Positions 1 to 13,085 of a stretch of DNA of 64,000 nt are shown one piece after another. Both the position numbers and the translations under genes were made by a program. The notes beneath the pieces were generated by a model, which saw only the letters and a program-made list of their open reading frames with translations, was not told the origin of the DNA and ran no database searches. The stretch comes from Chiloscyllium plagiosum (lineage: Eukaryota). Numbering within the stretch: position 1 is the first letter of the stretch; every line of letters starts with the position of its first letter. The stretch is from the NCBI RefSeq assembly GCF_004010195.1, contig NC_057720.1:19033601-19097600 (forward strand), given 5' to 3'.

Positions 1-245
1 AACTGACCTATCACCTTCATCCCCTCCCCTACTCACCTATTGTACTCTATGCTACTTTCTCCCCACCCCCACCACCCTCTCACTTATCTCTCCACGCTTC
101 AGGCTCTCTGCCTTTATTCCTGATGAAGGGCTTTTGCCCAAAACTTCAATTTTACTGCTCCTCGGATGCTGCCTGAACTGATGTGCTCTTCCAGCACCAC
201 TAATTCAGAATCTGGTTTCCAGCATCTGCAGTCATTGTTTTTACC
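1..245 (+). mobile_element. 3' end of hammerhead-bearing Penelope-type repeat (family A)
   Basis: CTGATGA-A-GGGC-TTTT-GCCC-AAAAC at 120-144, then the GATGCTGCCTGA...CCAGCACCAC...CAGCATCTGCAGTC tail repeated many times in the window. Confidence 0.75.
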
Positions 246-251
246 ATATAA

Positions 252-765
252 CACGCAGTTCTGGAAGGATGTTGTGAAACTGGGAAGGGTTCAGAAAAGA
301 TTTACAAGGATGTTGCCAGGGTTGGAGCCAAAGGGAGAGGTTGAACAGGCTGGGGCTGTTTTCTCTTGAGCATCGGAGGCTGAAGGGGTGACCTTTATAG
401 AGGTTTATAAAATCACGAGGGGCATGGATAGGATAAATAGACAAAGTCTTTTCCCTTGCGTCGGGGAGTCCAGAACTAGAGGGCATAGGTTTAGGGTGAG
501 AGGGGAAAGATATAAAAGAGACCTAAGGGGTAATTGTTTCACGCAGAGGGTGGTAAGTGTATGGAATGAGCTGCCAGAGGAAGTGGTGGAGGCTAGTACA
601 ATTGCAACATTTAAAAGGCATTTAGATGGGTATATGAATAGAAAGGATTTGGAGGGATATGGGCCAGATGCTGGTGGGTGGGACTAGATTGGATCGGGAT
701 ATCTGGTCGGCATGGACAAGTTGGACCGATGGGTCTGTTTCTGTGCTGTACATCTCTATGACTCT
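252..765 (+). mobile_element. CR1-clade LINE (HER1-like) 3' fragment
   Basis: Peptides DVVKLGRVQKRFTRMLPGL and EVYKITRGMDRINRQSLF...FKRHLDGYM; ends in CTCTATGACTCT like the other copies. Confidence 0.9.
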
Positions 766-980
766 TCGTTTACGATATCTAATACTCCATTCTTGTACCT
801 GTACAAATGTCTTTTATATGTTGTACCTGCATCTACCACACCCTCTGGCAGTTCATTGAATATACAAATCTCCTTCTGTGCTTTTTAAAACAAAAAGTTG
901 TCCTCCAGCTCCCTTTTAAATCTTTCTCCCTCACCTTAAAAATATGCCCTCTAAATTTGAACTAGGGATGGTCTTGTAGA

Positions 981-1203
981 CTAGTGGTGCTGGAAAAGCA
1001 CAGCAGGTCAGGCAGCATCGGAGGAGGAGGAAAATTGACGTTTCGGGCAAAAGCCCTTCAGGGAGCTCTCCACCCTGGAGTCTCCCTGCCTTCAGTCGTC
1101 ATGAAGGGCTATCACTCCTCTGCTGCCTGACCTGCTGTGCTTTTCCAGCACCACTCTAATCTCGGCTCTGATTTCCAGCATCTGCAGTCCTCACTTTTGC
1201 CTA
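981..1203. mobile_element. Family A hammerhead-bearing insertion, inverted pair
   Basis: Minus copy 981-1062 and plus copy 1098-1203; near-duplicated G(G/A)TCTTGTAGA on both flanks. Confidence 0.75.
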
Positions 1204-1865
1204 GTGATCTTGTAGATACTTAATAAATCATGAGGGGCATAGATAAGGTGAATAGGTCTTTTCCTTAGGATAGGGGAGTTCAAACCTAAAAACCTTTTAG
1301 CCATTCACCTTTTCTACGTCCCTCATGATTTTATAAACTTTTATATACGATCACCCCTCAACCTCCTATGCTCCAGTGAACATGTCTCTGCTATCCAGCC
1401 TCTCCTTTATAACTCAAACCCTCCGTTCCTGCCAACATATTGGTAAATCGTTTTCTGAACCCTCTTTAATTTAGTAATATCCTTCCTATTAGCAAGGTGA
1501 CCAGAACTGTGCACAATACTTCAAAAGTGGCCTCACAAATATCCTATCCATCCCAACTCCTATACTCAATGGCCTGAGCAATGAAGGGCAAGTGTGCTAA
1601 ATGTCGACTTAACCACCCTGTCTACCTGGGATGCAACTTTCAAAGAACTATGCACCTGAACTCCTATGTTTCTCTGTTTGACAACACTACCCAGGGCTGT
1701 AACTGCATTACCATTAACTGTATAAGTTCTGTCTTTGTTTGCCTTGCCAAAATGCAATACCTCGCACAAATCCAAATTAAATTCCATCTACCACTGCTCA
1801 ACCCATTGGCCCAATTGATCAAGGATCTATTCGTTGAAGTTATCTAAGATTACACTGTCCACTAT

Positions 1866-2044
1866 ATTAGATTAGATTAGATTACTTACAGTGTGGAAAC
1901 AGGCCCTTCGGCCCAACAAGTCCATACCGACACACCACCCACCCAGATTCATTCCCCTACACTTAACACTACAGACAATTTAGCACGCCCAATTCACCTA
2001 ACCCGCACATTTTTTGGACCGTGGGAGGAAACCGGAGCACCCGG
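1866..2044 (-). mobile_element. HE1-type V-SINE, 3' part
   Basis: (ATTAG)n tail and reverse complement of the 2833-3148 SINE 3' half. Confidence 0.85.
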
Positions 2045-2832
2045 TTTCTTTTCATCCACAACTAACTATGTTTCCTAAATTCTCATCCAAATAATTTATA
2101 TAAATGGCAAACAACAGGACCCAGCACTGATCCCTGCAGAACATTGCTACTCAGTTCTCTAGTCTGAAAAACAGCCCTCCATCACCATCTTCTATCTCTT
2201 ACTGTCAAGACAATTTTGTATCCACTTTGCAAGCTCTCCCTGGCTCGCATGTGGTCTAACTTTACTAACCAGTCTACCATGCAGAACCTTGTCAAAGGCT
2301 TTACTAAGATCCATGTAGAGAACATCTGCTGTTCTATCTTTACTTACTTCCTCAAAAGACTCAATCAAGTTTGTGAAACACAAATTCCCTCACCAAAGCC
2401 ATGCTGACTATTCATAACCAGTCGTTGCCTCTCCAAATACATTAAATCCTATCTCTCAGAATCCCCTCCTACCCACCACTGATGTTAGATTCACTGGTAT
2501 ATAGTTTCCAGGCTTCTCCTTGTAGGCTTTCTGAAATAAAGTCACAACATTAGCCACCCTCCAGTCTTCTGGCACCTTGCCCACGGCTGTAGATAATACA
2601 AATATCTATTCTGTATACTCTAAAGTGTCGTTTTAAATGTCTGTCACTGCATGTCTATTGATCTATCCTCTTAACCTAATTGCCAAATTACTTGTGCTAG
2701 CTGTGCTTTCATGCCCTCATAATTGTTCTTATTTAAGTTTTAAAAACAAGGACTTGAACCCATTCTTCTCTCTCAAACTGAATATGAAATGTACCTAGGT
2801 ACAAATCTACTACCTAGGTATACCTTCACTGT

Positions 2833-3148
2833 GGGCGGCACGGTGGCACAGTGGTTAGCACTGCTGCCTCACAGCACCAGAGACCCGGGTTCAATTCCCG
2901 CCTCCGGCGACTGACTGTGTGGAGTTTGCACATTCTCCCCGTGTCTGCGTGGGTTTCCTCCGGGTGCTCCGGTTTCCTCCCACAGTCCAAAAGATGTGCA
3001 GGTCAGGTGAATTGGCCATGCTAAATTGCCCGTAGTATTAGGTAAGGGGTAGATGTAGGAGTATGGGTGGGTTGTGCTTCGGCGGGGCGGTGTGGACTTG
3101 TTGGGCCGACGGGCCTGTTTCCACACTGTAAGTAATCTAATCTAATCT
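2833..3148 (+). mobile_element. Full-length HE1-type tRNA-derived V-SINE
   Basis: A box TGGCACAGTGG, B box GGTTCAATTCC, central TGTGTGGAGTTTGCACATTCTCCCCGTGTCTGCGTGGGTTTCCTCCGGGTGCTCCGG, (TAATC)n tail. Confidence 0.92.
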
Positions 3149-5644
3149 TATACACAAGATATTACCTAATCCTACCTCATTGCATAATATCAAGTCTAGT
3201 AAAGCTTGCTGTCTGGCACCAGAACATATTGGTTGAAGAAAGTCTTGAACATTGTATGGACCCATTTTCTAGGCCTGTTTGACTTTCCGGTTGCTATGTG
3301 GATTAAAATCTCCAATGATTATCAAAGTCTCTTTATTTCTCCCTTTTTTATACCCCCACTCTGTAGTGTGCCCTGCTCCTACATGTGTGACATTTTGCCT
3401 TTTAATCATTTCTCATTCTAAACTGTTTTCACATTCCAAGTTTCCTGAACTTGGGTCATCCCATCTATTGTGCTAATACCATCATTTAACTAACAGAGCA
3501 ACCCCTCCACTGGGGATCTGTGTCATTCTGCAACCATGGCTATCTGATTGAACTTATTCATTTCTTGATCCACTTATTTGCATTTTTGATTCATCTGTTG
3601 TGTTTCAAACGCTGTGCACATTCAAATACAGAGCATTTAGTTTTATGCTTTTGCTGTCTTTTTGTAAATTCTAGTGTTCTAGTCTTAGATTCATACTTTC
3701 TTCCTTCCTGGCATCGTCTGTTTATTACTTCTCATATCAATACTTGTTTTGATCTTGGCTGTGCTCTTTGATTAGCTGCATCTTTCCAAATTAGATTAAT
3801 TGCCCCACTATTCAGTTTAATCCTCTCTAATTTCCCAGTTATGAGGTTGACAAGAATGCCAGCCCCAGGACAGTTCATGTACAGAGCTCTGTTTCCCTAG
3901 TACTTGTCCCAGTGCCCCACAAACTGGAATCAACTTCACTTCTCTTACAACAGTCTTTGAGCTACGCATTCCTCTCTGTCATCTGATTTGTTCCACGCTA
4001 GTTTGCATTTGACTCAGATAATAATGCAGATATTATGACCTTGGAGGTTCTGCACACAGGAACTGGCACACAGTTCCTCATTGACTGTGTAGAACCTTCA
4101 TTGTCTTGCCTGTGTCATTAGTATATACATAAAACATAATGACTTGATCATCCTCCTACCAGTCAAAGTCAAGCCTTTTGGTCCAACTTGCCCATGCCAA
4201 CCAGATATTGTAAACTAATAGAATCATAGAGATGTACAGCACAGAAATTGTACATCCTCCTACCAGCCCAAACCAGCTGTCCTGAACCCTGGCACTGGTC
4301 TGCTAACTCAACCACTTGGTTTCTCATTCTCTCTTTTTCTAGAGAATACTGTGTGTAAGTTCTCTTCACTATACTGTCTGTAGTACCACTACATTTCTTT
4401 GTAGGTTCCTTCTCCTCTTCGCCCCTGAAACTCCGTAACCTCCCAAGCACTTGGGTGTCTTACTGTACCATATTCCCAGAATTAGTTTGCTTATCCTGAG
4501 GCCTTCACTGATCCAGACAAGCTGAAGAAACCTCTGGCCTTTTGAACAATTGCAAAGGCTGAGGCCACTGGCCTCTGGGTCCCCTTATCTGCCTGACTTG
4601 CAATTGCACTCATGTCCCTGAACACTGTTCGAATCAGATGATCCTATCTTTAGACTGCCTCTTGGTACAAAGAATCCAGGTAACTTTCCCTCTCCCTGAT
4701 GTGTCAGTGTTTATAGTTCAGCTCTCAGCTCATGATGCCTGAGCTCAAGTTGTTCGAACTTCAAGCACTTGCTTTGAAGATGTTTGCTCTGGACCAATCT
4801 GGTATCCAAGAATTCCCAAAATGTGATCTATTACCTCCTCTGTAATCCTTTAATGTGTTGAAGCGAACTACATAATTATTGCAATCAACTTGGTATTTAG
4901 TTATGCTTTTACATACAGCAATTGTTTTAACCTTACATAAGGCATAGAAGCAGAAGTAGACTTAGTGTCCATAATGGTCCAAAATTGAATAGCCAGTTCA
5001 CATTTATCCTTTAAACCTGTAGAACTGCATGCAAGTATATCACTGTCTTTAGAAGAGAAAGTCAAAGAAGAGAAAATGCTGCATCTAACACATGTTTTCT
5101 ATAGTCATCTGGGGTAGTGTTTTTCACACACTTAAGCACGAACAAATTACAAATTTAGTTGAGCATGAGTGAATGGGTGAATGTCAGATCGATCATAGAT
5201 TAATCAAATTGCATCTTTGTAATCTGTTTTCAAACTAATTATGCTACCTGTGTTTTTAAAATGTAATATTTCAAATTGTGGTAATTAATTGAAGTAGAAC
5301 ATTTGAGTTTAAGCATAATCAGTTCTTTTTGTTGGGTGTATGTCTGAGTTCCTGGATTACTTGGATTTTATTGACTTTTGCCATTCAAATGAGCACAACA
5401 TATTTTCATATGGGACAAGATAGCATTTCATCTGTGTTGAGTTTTACCCAATGTGTATATGAGAAGTAAAAGATAGGGAGAAAAATCAGTGCCATTCTGA
5501 CTTCTGTTAATGCTATGATTCAGGTTCTAGACCTATCCACTGCTCTGGTCATCCAATTGTCATTCATTGTGTTTGAGCCAAGTATTATCAGTTGGGTATT
5601 CACTCAAATAACACCCCAACTCAACCATGTTTTTACTCTCCTCA

Positions 5645-5805
5645 GAACAGAAGCCTCCTTTCTCTAAACAGAGTCCAAGGATACTGAGCCTAATTATCAC
5701 ACTGAGACTTGGCTGAGTACTGTAAACTTAGCAGGCCAGTGATAAATCCTGGGAATCTTCTTCATTAGTATGACTCTGTACACACCAGATAGTGAATTTA
5801 CTGTT
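5645..5805 (-). mobile_element. Possible ancient SINE remnant (LF-SINE-like)
   Basis: Weak recalled similarity only (CCCAGG...CTCAGC...GGCTCAGT..CCTTGG on the minus strand). Confidence 0.25.
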
Positions 5806-5922
5806 AATCTTGGTCACCTGCCATAAAACTTGGCTATATCCATGCAAAGTCATTGCAAGACATAGAAAGGAACTCTTCATAAAGAATATTTAAAAAAAAA
5901 ACAGATTGCACATGTAGCATAA

Positions 5923-6020
5923 ATCTGAGGAAGGGTCACTGGACCCAAAACATTAAGTCTGATCTCTCTTTACCAATGCTGCCAGACCAGCTGAGCTTTG
6001 CCAGCAATTTCTGTTTTTGC
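5923..6020 (+). mobile_element. Hammerhead-bearing short repeat, family D
   Basis: CTGAGGA-A-GGGTC-ACTG-GACCC-AAAAC, then ATGCTGCCAGACCAGCTGAG...CCAGCAATTTCTG; second copy at 12985. Confidence 0.65.
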
Positions 6021-7902
6021 AGCGTGATTCTGATATGTTTGGCTCCAGTCAGTGCTTTGACCAGAAATGGGAATATGCTTTTTGAATATTTCTTTACATT
6101 TTATGTGCAGTGGCGGTAGCAATGGTAAAATAGTGCTGGATGGCTAATTTTGACTCTGAACTCTACAGAAATAGTGTGTGCTTAGAGAGCACCAAGATTA
6201 CTTTGATCAACTAAGCCACTATAGCTTGATACATTTAAAGATAAAGCAAAGTGTTTCAGCCCACAACTTTAATTACAAAGGAATCTTGCAAAGTAAGCAA
6301 ATGAATTATATTGGACAAGATATGATAAAAGTGAGATTTTTTTCAAAAATGAGAATTCTTTCTAAAATGAACACAGGAAATTTTACTGACAATAGACATT
6401 TTTTTCCGAGCAAAACATTTTAATGTTGACTGTGGGATCCATCAGGTTTTCTGCACATGGAAAAAAACATTTCCTACCTTGCCAGAAATATAAACTTTTT
6501 TTTTAATTTTCAGGGACTTGCCTTATTTCTTCTTTTCAGCACATTGTACATAATCTAGAAGATTCTCAGATTAAACTGCTAATTACATTTTAACTATCAA
6601 CAACACCAGTCATTTTTCAAATTTGGCACTTCTGGTTCCACCCCTAACTACTAACAAGAGAACCCATTAATTTTAGAGAAGTAATGAGTTTGCCAGTGAT
6701 CACTGATCTTTCTGGTAGAGGATTCTGTAAGGTCTACTTCCAGATGACCAATTTGGATTGATGCAATATTATGTTTCTCAATCAATTCAGTTAAAAGTAC
6801 AGTCCTATTTCTAACATCAGTACAAATGTTATAAAGATAATGTTTGTACTTTTTTTTCTGATAAGACAATCGTAGTTAGTTTTGCCTTTTGCATTTTGAT
6901 AGCAATTCAATCTTGGTTTTTGTTCTCCTTTTCAAATACATCATGAATTGTTATGACTTTGTATTTAAACTCTTTCCTCAAGTTCATTCCAATCCATAAT
7001 ATGCATACATTATATTAAAATATCTGGGGCTGATTATTTATTGTTGATACAATATAACTGCACATTTTATCCATTACTTCACTTGCTAATTAACTTGTCC
7101 ACCTGTTCTTCTTTTGTTCTGCACTGCAGACCATGGCGCTTTGATTACCAGAGGGAAATGCATTGTTATCTGGCAAGAATGGGGCAGCAGTTTTAGTTTT
7201 GAATTACTCTAGTGTAGATCAATGTAAACATAATGTGCCTGTGCATTAAACCTATGTACAGTAGTTCTAAATAGGAGGAATTATATAGTGAATGCTACAT
7301 TTGTTTTTGACTATTTCAGATGACCGGATAAACTGGTATTTTTTCAAAGTGCTTGTCCTTCCCTTCCCTTGCAACTCCCCCATTCCTGTGTCACATGTCC
7401 CAGTATTTTGTTTCTTTGTCTTTTTTTTGTACTTGAATTGAAGGCCAGTGCTTTTTATTTTAGAAGTGTTGTTTAAGTGAAGAATTGTTGAAAATATTAC
7501 TTGCTGAAATTGCTTACACTTAAATTGTTTCATGTACTTTAATCTGCATGGTAATCCCAGCTGTAAATTTCCAACTAATGAGTCTTTGTGTTATCTGTAT
7601 TATTTGCTAATATTGCAAAATACTTTGTAGATGTTTAGAAAGGTATGTTGTTGTCTAGTAATGCTATATGTTGCATATTGAGGCAAATTTGCTGTTGTAA
7701 TATTGAGTTCAAATAGTACACTGCCAGTTATGCAGTAGAAGCTAGAAGTAGGTAAATGATTTATCTCTGATCAGCTGCCACCTGTGATAACGTTATTCTA
7801 TTTATTTTTGACAGTCATCATTCACTGTTCTTGTTCATGACTCAACTTTTCTGTTTGCAGCGTGGTATTGTACGGGAGTAATAAAAGTAAAACGCCCATG
7901 GT

Positions 7903-8215
7903 GGGATGGCACGGTGGTGCAGTGGTTAGCACTGCTGCTTCACAGCGCCAGGGACTCAGGTTCACTTCCAGCCTTGGGCGACTGTCTAAATGGAATTTGC
8001 ACATTGTCCCGCACTCCAAATATGTGCAGGTTAGGTGGATTGGCCATGCTAAATTGCTCAGTGTCCAGTGGTGTGTGTGCTAGATGTGTAGCCATGGGCG
8101 ATGCAGGGTTCCGGGGATAGGGTAAGGGGAATTGATCTGGGTGGTATGCTCTTCAGAGGGTCAGTGTAGACCTCTTGGGCTGAATGACCTGTTTCCACAC
8201 TGTAGGGATTCAATG
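7903..8215 (+). mobile_element. HE1-type SINE, diverged
   Basis: GGCACGGTGGTGCAGTGGTTAGCACTGCTGC head; CCTGTTTCCACACTGTAGGGATTC end. Confidence 0.85.
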
Positions 8216-9414
8216 GTAGTTTGAGTAGAAGAATGCAACTAAGAGTGGTTGGAGAAAAGTTGTTGGGAGCAGTGAAATTTTGAGTCTGCAGGAGAACATG
8301 GAAGAGCTCATTGAAGTCTTGCTTTAAGATCTGTAGAGAGATGGATGCTGTTGTATTGAATCACTAAGAAAACTTGTGCTTGCTGCGAAGCTTACAGTAG
8401 TTGGAAGGTGTTACTGGAAATCGCAAGTTTGATTTAGTGATCATATGATCATCTTTGTCCAAATACTGTAGATCTTTGTTTGACAGGACGAACAGAAAGC
8501 ATTATTGTTTGAAGAGTGAATGCACAGCACATTTATACCAGAACAGAAATGCACCCATAAATGCACTCTTGGGTATTTTTGGGTGTCACTTTTTTTTTGT
8601 ACTCTATAAAATTGATTGCATGCATCTTGTAATCACATGGATTTATTTAAATTGCAACCTAACAGTGCAGCTTTCCAGAATACTATGTTATTACATAATA
8701 GAGAAGATTATGGTTTGATAGCTGTCTAAGACAATATGTAGATCTGATCAAGTACACCCTATGCAGATCTTTTGGGTTATTCCCATAATAAATTGTGCAT
8801 CAATATTCTTTCCCTGTCCAATTCAACTCTAGGAGTTGCTGACCGGTGGAAAGGAGTAAGGCTCTAGCAGCCTTCATTATCATCTTTCATAATCAATGCA
8901 TCTGTGAAAGCTTCAATTGTGAATACTGTATTTTTAAGGGATTTTAAAATGAAAAGTGGCAAGACAAGATGAATTCTACACTTAGCTGATGTCCTCTGCA
9001 GTAAATAATTTTTGAAGTCAGATTCTTGACCAGATGCTAGCAATGAGTGACTTTTGGGATTGAATGTCTCCTGCCTCAGCTGATATCTGCTACTTGACAT
9101 GCCCTGAGATTAAAACCTTTTTAGGGTCTGAACTGTTCATATCTCCTAGCAGTCAGACTATTGACTCCTCAGACTAGCACTTCATTTTATTACTTGATGT
9201 TTTCAGAGATGTGCTTATAAAGATTATTTTGAAAATAGCAACACTGGATATTATAAACAAGGTTGTGGGAGGGAATTCCAGACCTTGGATGCTGTATTAC
9301 TGACTGCATTGCTGCCAATTCATAAATTCAAACAGCAAAGAAAAGACCTGTCAAGTTTGCACCAACATAACTACCACATCAAGTACTCTAATTTCAATTT
9401 CCTGCCCTTGTCAC

Positions 9415-9820
9415 ATATGCATGAATGTGATATTTCAACAGCTCATCCAAATTTTTTTAAAGGTTGTAAAGTTTCTGGCCTCCACTACCTTGCAGGCAAT
9501 GCATTCCAGATTCCTGCAACTACTGAGAGAATTTTTTTTCCTCCAAGTTCCCACTGACTCTCCTGCCCCTTACCCTAAAACTGCCCCCTTGTCATTGACC
9601 CCTCAACCAAAGGAAACAGCTGCTGTGTATTCACCCTGTCAGTACTCCTTATAATCCTATGCACCTCAATCATGTCCCCCCCAGTCGTTTTTGCTCTAAA
9701 GACAATAATCCATGCCATTTTTGAATGATAAATAATCTCTTAGTTCAATTTCTCCATCCCAAGCAACATCCTGATGAGTCATCTCTGCACCCCTTCCAGT
9801 GCTATCACATCCTTCCTTTA
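9415..9820 (-). mobile_element. Old CR1-like LINE 3' fragment
   Basis: Degenerate similarity to minus-strand CR1 copies (GCAACATCCTGATGA..TCTCTGCACCCCTTCCAG). Confidence 0.55.
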
Positions 9821-9829
9821 GTGAGGCGA

Positions 9830-10340
9830 GCAGATATTGGACCAAAGCCTAGAGTTGAAGTATCGCAATTCTCTTATGTCAGAACATGCAAAGACGTGGA
9901 GAGGCAAATCTGTGGAGGATTGTCAACAGGTGAATGAAAATTGGTGAGCCAGAAACCAATTTCTCTCAGTAAGCACACTGACGATAGGTGAAGGGTCTTG
10001 GAATACGAGGGGATAAAAGTCACACTGAAGCAAGATGATACATTGGTGGATTCAAACTGTCTGGCTCAACCTGAGAGAATTGCCAGGGATGAGAAAATTG
10101 TTTGTGAGTGAATGAAGTTTTGTGGTAAAGGTTGAAGAAAGACCCACTGAAGTTTTGGAGGTTTTGGTTTAATAATTTCTAAAAGATGGACAGCCAGTGT
10201 GGATAACATCTGGATAACGTGGGGACCGATGGAGAGTTGGTGAGATGGAATTGGGTGTTATCAGTGTGTGCAGAATTTTTTTTAAACAGAAAATACTGCC
10301 AAACAGCAGTATGTAAATAAAAGGGAGGGGACATTGAAAT
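9830..10340 (-). mobile_element. L2-like LINE RT remnant
   Basis: ORF 10179-10364 contains AHTDNTQFHLT, resembling YADDTQLYL. Confidence 0.4.
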
Positions 10341-11113
10341 TCCTTTTGCCATAATTTTAACCATTCATTTAATCTCTTCGCAATTTTATATTTCCATTTA
10401 TAGTGTCTCTTTTCTTTGTGTCATCATAAAATGTGAATATGAGTTTCTATCCTATTGTCTAAACCATTAATAAATACATTGAATAATCTCAATTTAAATT
10501 ATTGAAAGACACTGTTGGCATATCCTGTCATTTTCCCTACCTTCATATTGTTCCCACTGTGCTGCTTCACTCACTAACAAGATCAATAATTTGTCTTCAA
10601 TTCTGTTGGCATCAATTACAGTAAACAATCTCTTAAGAGAAACGTGGTCAAATAACTACTGAAAGTTCATATAAACAACATGCTGAGAAATTCTCCTTTC
10701 CATCATCTGGATAACATTGAAAAAAGTTCATCAGGTTGGTCAAGCAGGACTCTGCCTGGAGCATGAGACTAGCTGAATTGTTCTCTCAGAACTTGTGCTC
10801 AACTGGCCAAATAGCCATCTCCTGCTCTGAAACTATTCTGTGTCGAATTTCTGTGTCACCTGTGGAAAGTTAGATTTAACAAACATTGCTTGTTGATTAA
10901 TTCTTCATATTAAACAGCTACCCATGTTAGTGATTTTTAATCACAGCTTATTAGAATCCTTTTTGAGGGTGTCACTTTGGAATTCTAAAGTATGTGCCAA
11001 CCTTTTTTATAACTTGAGATATAGGTTTTTTTTGCTTTTTATGCCTGGTGCTCTTAAATTGAAGCCAAGTATTTTGGAGATTTTGTAGTTAATGATTGTG
11101 CAAAGTTTCATGA

Positions 11114-11238
11114 TTTCCTGAAGAAGGGCTTATGCCCGAAACGTCGATTCTCCTGCTCCTCGAATGCTGCCTGGCCTGCTGTGTTTTTCCAGCACATTTT
11201 TCATCTCTGGTCTCCAGCATCTACAGTCCTCACTTTCT
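11114..11238 (+). mobile_element. Family A hammerhead-headed short insertion with 13-bp TSD
   Basis: CAAAGTTTCATGA at 11101-11113 and 11239-11251 flanks a 125-bp unit that starts with the ribozyme. Confidence 0.85.
11115..11148 (+). ncRNA. Minimal type-I hammerhead ribozyme motif, intact core
   Basis: TTC-CTGAAGA-A-GGGC-TTAT-GCCC-GAAAC-GTC-GAT; predicted cleavage after 11145. Confidence 0.75.
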
Positions 11239-11849
11239 CAAAGTTTCATGAAGTCTATATTACAATATTACTAACTTGTTTAATCCCAGAAGAATAATGC
11301 AGAGCATGTTTTCACTTTAAATGATCTCATAACACTTTTATAAGTGAATTACAGTTTGAAGTGTGAATATTATGTAGCCAAATGGTTAACAACAATCTGC
11401 CTGCATACTATAGGGCCACTTGTTATGGTAGTCCGATTAGGTGTAAGTAAATACTAATGTATAATACTTTTCCTTCTACATCAAAATAGTCTTTGATCAG
11501 GATTTCTAATTGGAATTTGTGATCTTGAGAGAAACTTTATGACCTTGAAGACCATAATATCTGCCATGAACAGTGTTTAGATTATTTTTTTTTTGCCTTG
11601 AGAAATATGACCATAGTTTTTCCCCTTATTTATGAATTTGTTTATACTCTGTTGTATACTGATTTCAAGAAGATTTTCTGCATTGGTAACTAAGGCTATC
11701 TTTCACTGATTTGGGAGAGAACATTGTGATTGTTTCAATAATTACAGGCCCTCATTCAGAAAAGTTTTTTAACTGGTCTTGAGTCATTAATTTTGAGAGC
11801 AAGTTTCATTCTCTGTATGACTGTGATATGATGACACAAGTGCCATTTA

Positions 11850-12260
11850 GGAACATGGCAGGACTGACATGGAGAGAAGGTTAGGACTATGTCTCTGGAG
11901 TTTAGAAGAATGAGGGCGGAATCAAAAAAAACTTTTAAATTCTAAAAGAACTTCATTAAAAACATGGTTTTTGCATTTACCCTGATGACCAAAAAGTTCA
12001 GAACCAGGATCACAGTTCAAGAATACGTGGTAGGCAATTTAGAATGGACATGAGAAAATTCTTCGCTCAAGTAGCAAGCCTCTGTCATAGAAAGCAGTTG
12101 CGGCCAAAGCATTGAACGTTTCCAAGAAGGAGTTAGATATCGTTCTTGGACTTAAAATGTATGGAGACAAAGTAGGAACAGGATACTGAGTTGAATGATC
12201 AGCACGATCATATTGAATAGTCGAGCAGGCCAAATGGTTTACTCCTCCTGTTTCCATGTC
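11850..12260 (+). mobile_element. Older CR1 subfamily 3' fragment
   Basis: CTGGAGTTTAGAAGAATGAGGG...AAGGAGTTAGATAT...GATCATATTGAATAG..GAGCAGGC typical CR1 3' end. Confidence 0.65.
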
Positions 12261-12984
12261 CTTGCTTTGTGTAATTGATGGCATTCTAGTTCACTTTTTC
12301 CCAATCATGGGGGATGGTAAAGGACTAATAGTACTACTTTTACAATGTAATATATGCTAAACCATTACTGACCAATATAAGGAATGCTTAGCGCTGTGAC
12401 TGAACCTAGCTTATCCACAGACCAAGACATTTGAAAGAAATTAATGATTTCAGCATTTGTTTGGTACTAATTATGTTCGAATTGTTTGTCTTTTTGGGTG
12501 GCCAGGGTGAAATTAAGTTTCCATTCTTTGTCATAATTGCTACCTGCCAGCCCCTTCTCGCAGTGGGTTTTGAGAAAATGTGTGGCCTCTCAGCAAAGGC
12601 ATAATTTTGAGGATGGATGTCAGGCCCATCTGATCAATTAGTGTAATAACACAAACTAGGTTTGCATGTGGAGAATGGACTGTTTGGATAGTTACTACAA
12701 TTATCCAACAAATAACACATTTTGTTTTGAATGGAGTAGAAAATTAGTCAAAACTTTAGGAGAAAAAAATAACTTTTGGATGTGCTCTGTGAAATGCCAT
12801 ATATCTCCATTCCATGAAAATTTGATTTAAGTTCCTTTGTTTAAGTACAGTAGCAATCCATCTTAATTACTTTGAAAGTGATTTCTCATCATCTAAAGAA
12901 ACATATTTATAAAATGAAGATATCTTCTGTGTGTGTATGTGTATATATCTATGTATGTCACCCTTTGTCCTAGCCACAATCCAT

Positions 12985-13085
12985 TCTGTAGAAGGGTCAC
13001 TGAACCAGAAACATTAGCTCTGCTTTCTCTTCTTAAATACTGCCAATCCTGCTGTGTTTTCCCAGCAATTTCTGCTATTGTTTTG
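12985..13085 (+). mobile_element. Family D hammerhead-bearing repeat, degenerate
   Basis: CTGTAGA-A-GGGTCACTGAACCA-GAAACATT plus the same tail as 5923-6020. Confidence 0.6.

Larger units (their letters stand above)
790..2610 (-). mobile_element. Decayed CR1 LINE RT region, interrupted by an inverted piece, a family A repeat and a SINE
   Basis: Minus-strand peptides YMDLSKAFDKVLHGRL and MEFNLDLCEVLHFGKAN; 962-1290 is plus-oriented. Confidence 0.8.

Noticed and set aside
2833..2905. tRNA-like sequence
   Set aside because: It is the head of a SINE repeated about ten times in the window, not a tRNA gene.
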